Shown here: positions 44,680 to 46,583 of the stretch, piece by piece
Position numbering within the stretch: the first letter of the stretch is position 1
Layout: each line of letters starts with the position of its first letter
Virus genome (UHGV): UHGV-1364951
Source of the DNA: a virus
Strand: one strand, 5' to 3'
Length of the DNA: 46,583 nucleotides
Made by a program: the position numbers and the translations under genes
The notes under the pieces: model-generated
Databases searched by the model: none
What the model saw: only the letters and a program-made list of their open reading frames with translations
Told to the model about the DNA's origin: nothing

Positions 44680-45152
44680 TGTTTTACTTCTCCATTCAGT
44701 TCATTAACAATTAATGTTGCATAGCCAGCAATGTCTTTCCAGCTATCGTCATATGTCGGGTCGCCATTCAGGATGCGGCCAATTTTATGCTGAATCATGT
44801 CGAGCGCTTCCTTCTGGCTAGCCGTCAGGTTATTCCAGCCGTCAACATCGCGCATGGTGTCCTTCAGTGACTGCATGATATCTGCGCCGTCTTTGAATTT
44901 GCCATAGCGGCTGCCGCGCTCGGTGATGAGGGCTTCTGTGGAGCTGGTGCGCCCATTCAAGTCATCATCAGTTACTGGCTCACGATGCGCGACAACAATA
45001 TCGCCAGCCTTTTCGATATCCTTATCTCGACCTGCATAATCCACGCTGAGGTAGTATATTTTGCCACTGGTTGCTGATTTCACAACAAGAACGGCATCTT
45101 CATGACCATTAAAATAATCAGCACTTCCCTTCAGGTATTTGTATTTCATCAC
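44676..45152 (-). CDS. hypothetical protein (158 aa)
   Basis: track ORF; ATGA-coupled. Confidence 0.45.
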   Translation of the reverse strand: MMKYKYLKGSADYFNGHEDAVLVVKSATSGKIYYLSVDYAGRDKDIEKAGDIVVAHREPVTDDDLNGRTSSTEALITERGSRYGKFKDGADIMQSLKDTMRDVDGWNNLTASQKEALDMIQHKIGRILNGDPTYDDSWKDIAGYATLIVNELNGEVKQ

Positions 45153-45346
45153 TCATTCACCCCACTCTCTTCAATTATTTTAATTTCAATCTGCGCAACG
45201 CGAGCATCAAGCCCATTGTCGTGCTCAATCAGATGCGCCCATGCATCGATGCGGTTGTTGAACACCCGGAAGCTGACGCCATGCTTTTCCTTGTCGGTCA
45301 TAGCACTCACTCCACTATTATCAAGGACTATGAACTTCATCATCAC
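45149..45346 (-). CDS. hypothetical protein (65 aa)
   Basis: track ORF. Confidence 0.4.
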   Translation of the reverse strand: MMMKFIVLDNSGVSAMTDKEKHGVSFRVFNNRIDAWAHLIEHDNGLDARVAQIEIKIIEESGVNE

Positions 45347-45380
45347 TTCACCTCCGATCTTTTATGGTGCTTGCATACAC

Positions 45381-45602
45381 TTATCGCCAGTTGCTCTCGT
45401 CTGCAATTTCTTTAATGAAAAACGCTAAATCACTCAGTTGCTCCATCTGAATCCTGCTAATCACTCTTCCGTATCTGTATTTGTTGCCATTCGCTACCCA
45501 CTCCCACACTAACGTTAATGAGCAGTTAGATGTATCGAATTGATAAAAGAATGCCTTATCTTCCTTCCAGCATGAATCAAAAATAGTGCTGTCTATAATC
45601 AT
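45381..45602 (-). CDS. hypothetical protein (73 aa)
   Basis: track ORF. Confidence 0.4.
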   Translation of the reverse strand: MIIDSTIFDSCWKEDKAFFYQFDTSNCSLTLVWEWVANGNKYRYGRVISRIQMEQLSDLAFFIKEIADESNWR

Positions 45603-45802
45603 CGCTCACCTCTCAATGTAACCTTGTTTTTCTCATCTACGCTGAAATGCTCACGCACAAACGCATACATTTCTTCAGCGCCCCATTCCCGCATTGCTAC
45701 ATAGCAGTGCGCGTAATATCTGACATCTCGCAGGCTTAACGGCTGGCGCTTAGCGATAATCTCAGTCAATACTTCCAGTGGTTCTTTGCGTTGTCTCGCC
45801 AT
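45599..45802 (-). CDS. hypothetical protein (67 aa), first gene of leftward operon
   Basis: track ORF; consensus promoter motif upstream. Confidence 0.4.
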   Translation of the reverse strand: MARQRKEPLEVLTEIIAKRQPLSLRDVRYYAHCYVAMREWGAEEMYAFVREHFSVDEKNKVTLRGER

Positions 45803-45898
45803 TGTCGCTCTCCTGTGAAAATCATCTTGACGAATCTACGTCAATTAGTCAATACTCTGTGTTGTAGATTGTACCATAATGATAAAAGGTGGTGTGGA

Positions 45899-46114
45899 AT
45901 GAAGAAGTGGCAGGAGGTGACAGAGGTTCATAAGCGCGATTGCCGGGAGACTCTGCAAATGCTTAATGTGCCGGAGTCAATCATTAAATCTATCGAGCAG
46001 CGCATTGACCTCGCTGCTATGGAGGCAGCCCATGAAGCCGAGGAAGCGCAAATGTTGTCATGGATGGACAGAACTCTACCGGGCGTTTTACATCGTGGTA
46101 AGACTACCGATTGA
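45899..46114 (+). CDS. hypothetical protein (71 aa)
   Basis: ATG with SD aaaaggtggtgtggaATG, in frame with track ORF 45791..46114. Confidence 0.4.
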   Translation: MKKWQEVTEVHKRDCRETLQMLNVPESIIKSIEQRIDLAAMEAAHEAEEAQMLSWMDRTLPGVLHRGKTTD

Positions 46115-46197
46115 AGATGATGACGGGTATCTGCATAACCATAGTCAGGTACTCAAATATTATGGCGTTCACTATAAAGTGCTGATGGAGAGAAAAA

Positions 46198-46389
46198 ATG
46201 ACTACTGATCAGGTGTGCGAAAAAGAATTGCTGAACAAGCTGGAAGAACTTGACCGTACTCGCGCTTGGGTAGAAAGCGAATTGCGCGAAGTTCGCAACC
46301 GCATGCAACGGCAGGTTAACCGCGAAATTATTGAGTGGCGCAAAGGGCGCCCGCATTTCAGCAATATTGGTGAATGGGTGGCGAAATGA
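46198..46389 (+). CDS. hypothetical coiled-coil protein (63 aa)
   Basis: track ORF. Confidence 0.4.
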   Translation: MTTDQVCEKELLNKLEELDRTRAWVESELREVRNRMQRQVNREIIEWRKGRPHFSNIGEWVAK

Positions 46390-46583
46390 AACCAATGATG
46401 AATGATAATGGGCTGCTGGAGTGTCCATTTTGCAATGAAATTAGCGTTGGTGTTGCCACTGATGAAGATGGCTGGCAATACATTGAATGTAGTGATTGTT
46501 ATTGCCGCACGGATGGTTTCAGAAATCCCAAACTCATGGTTGAAAGATGGAACACCCGCAACGGCCACCTCTATACCACTGAC
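46386..46583 (+). CDS. Lar-family-like restriction alleviation protein (partial at window end)
   Basis: MKPMMNDNGLLECPFCNE…CSDCYCRTDG; a small Cys4 protein that resembles the Lar family by recall; truncated by the window end. Confidence 0.3.
   Translation, partial: MKPMMNDNGLLECPFCNEISVGVATDEDGWQYIECSDCYCRTDGFRNPKLMVERWNTRNGHLYTTD

Noticed and set aside
1-46583. Search for integrase, attP, CI/Cro-type repressor, CRISPR array, restriction-modification or toxin-antitoxin pairs
   Set aside because: No tyrosine or serine recombinase signatures were seen. There are no repeat-spacer arrays, no methyltransferase motifs (DPPY/NPPY/FxGxG) and no obvious TA pairs. The element looks like a virulent or non-integrating phage, or the integration module lies outside the window.

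Overview
The window appears to be most or all of a roughly 46.5 kb tailed-phage genome (siphovirus-like, enterobacterial; gene content and order resemble T1-like/Drexlerviridae phages, but this is unverified).

Rightward structural block: DNA-binding and small proteins at 14-1281, then scaffold/maturation protein, putative decoration protein and major capsid at 1464-4428. Three terminator-bounded accessory genes follow at 4468-5930. Head-tail joining genes sit at 8351-10271, then two leftward tRNA loci at 10272-10429 (one canonical tRNA-Arg-UCU, one aberrant CAU-anticodon tRNA-like). The tail block is major tail protein with Ig-like C-terminus, chaperone, tape measure, lambda-like M/L/K(NlpC-P60)/I-J tip proteins, and a tailspike-like fibre whose 3' two-thirds is AT-rich (10521-22737).

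Leftward replication/recombination block (22797-31444): SSB, AAA_24-type ATPase, PD-(D/E)XK exonuclease, VRR-NUC, SF2 helicase, an AT-rich HNH endonuclease, a rightward zinc-finger/Toprim primase, a Walker-A ATPase and a stand-alone AP2-domain protein.

A 470-bp AT-rich non-coding hub (31445-31913) with iterons and palindromes follows, then rightward small early genes, TerS/TerL, an inserted cluster of small membrane proteins, portal and head morphogenesis protein (to 41250). A leftward operon with a secreted protein comes next, then the lysis cassette (endolysin, holin-like, Rz with embedded Rz1) and small leftward genes to the end.

Most notable observations:
- A leftward operon (5931-8189) encodes a ParB-like nuclease-domain protein together with a truncated beta-sliding-clamp (DnaN) homologue. 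That homologue retains exactly the residues lining the clamp's protein-binding pocket, including the C-terminal MPMRL.
- A phage-specific promoter consensus TTGACGTAGATTG-N10-TATAGT recurs at nine or more intergenic sites.
- A second conserved element, TTATGATAAAAT, lies upstream of three rightward blocks.
- A 5-gene leftward moron island sits inside the tail module.

No integrase, CI-like repressor, CRISPR array or rRNA was found. Coordinates of features not taken from the ORF track were indexed by hand and may be off by 1-2 nt.
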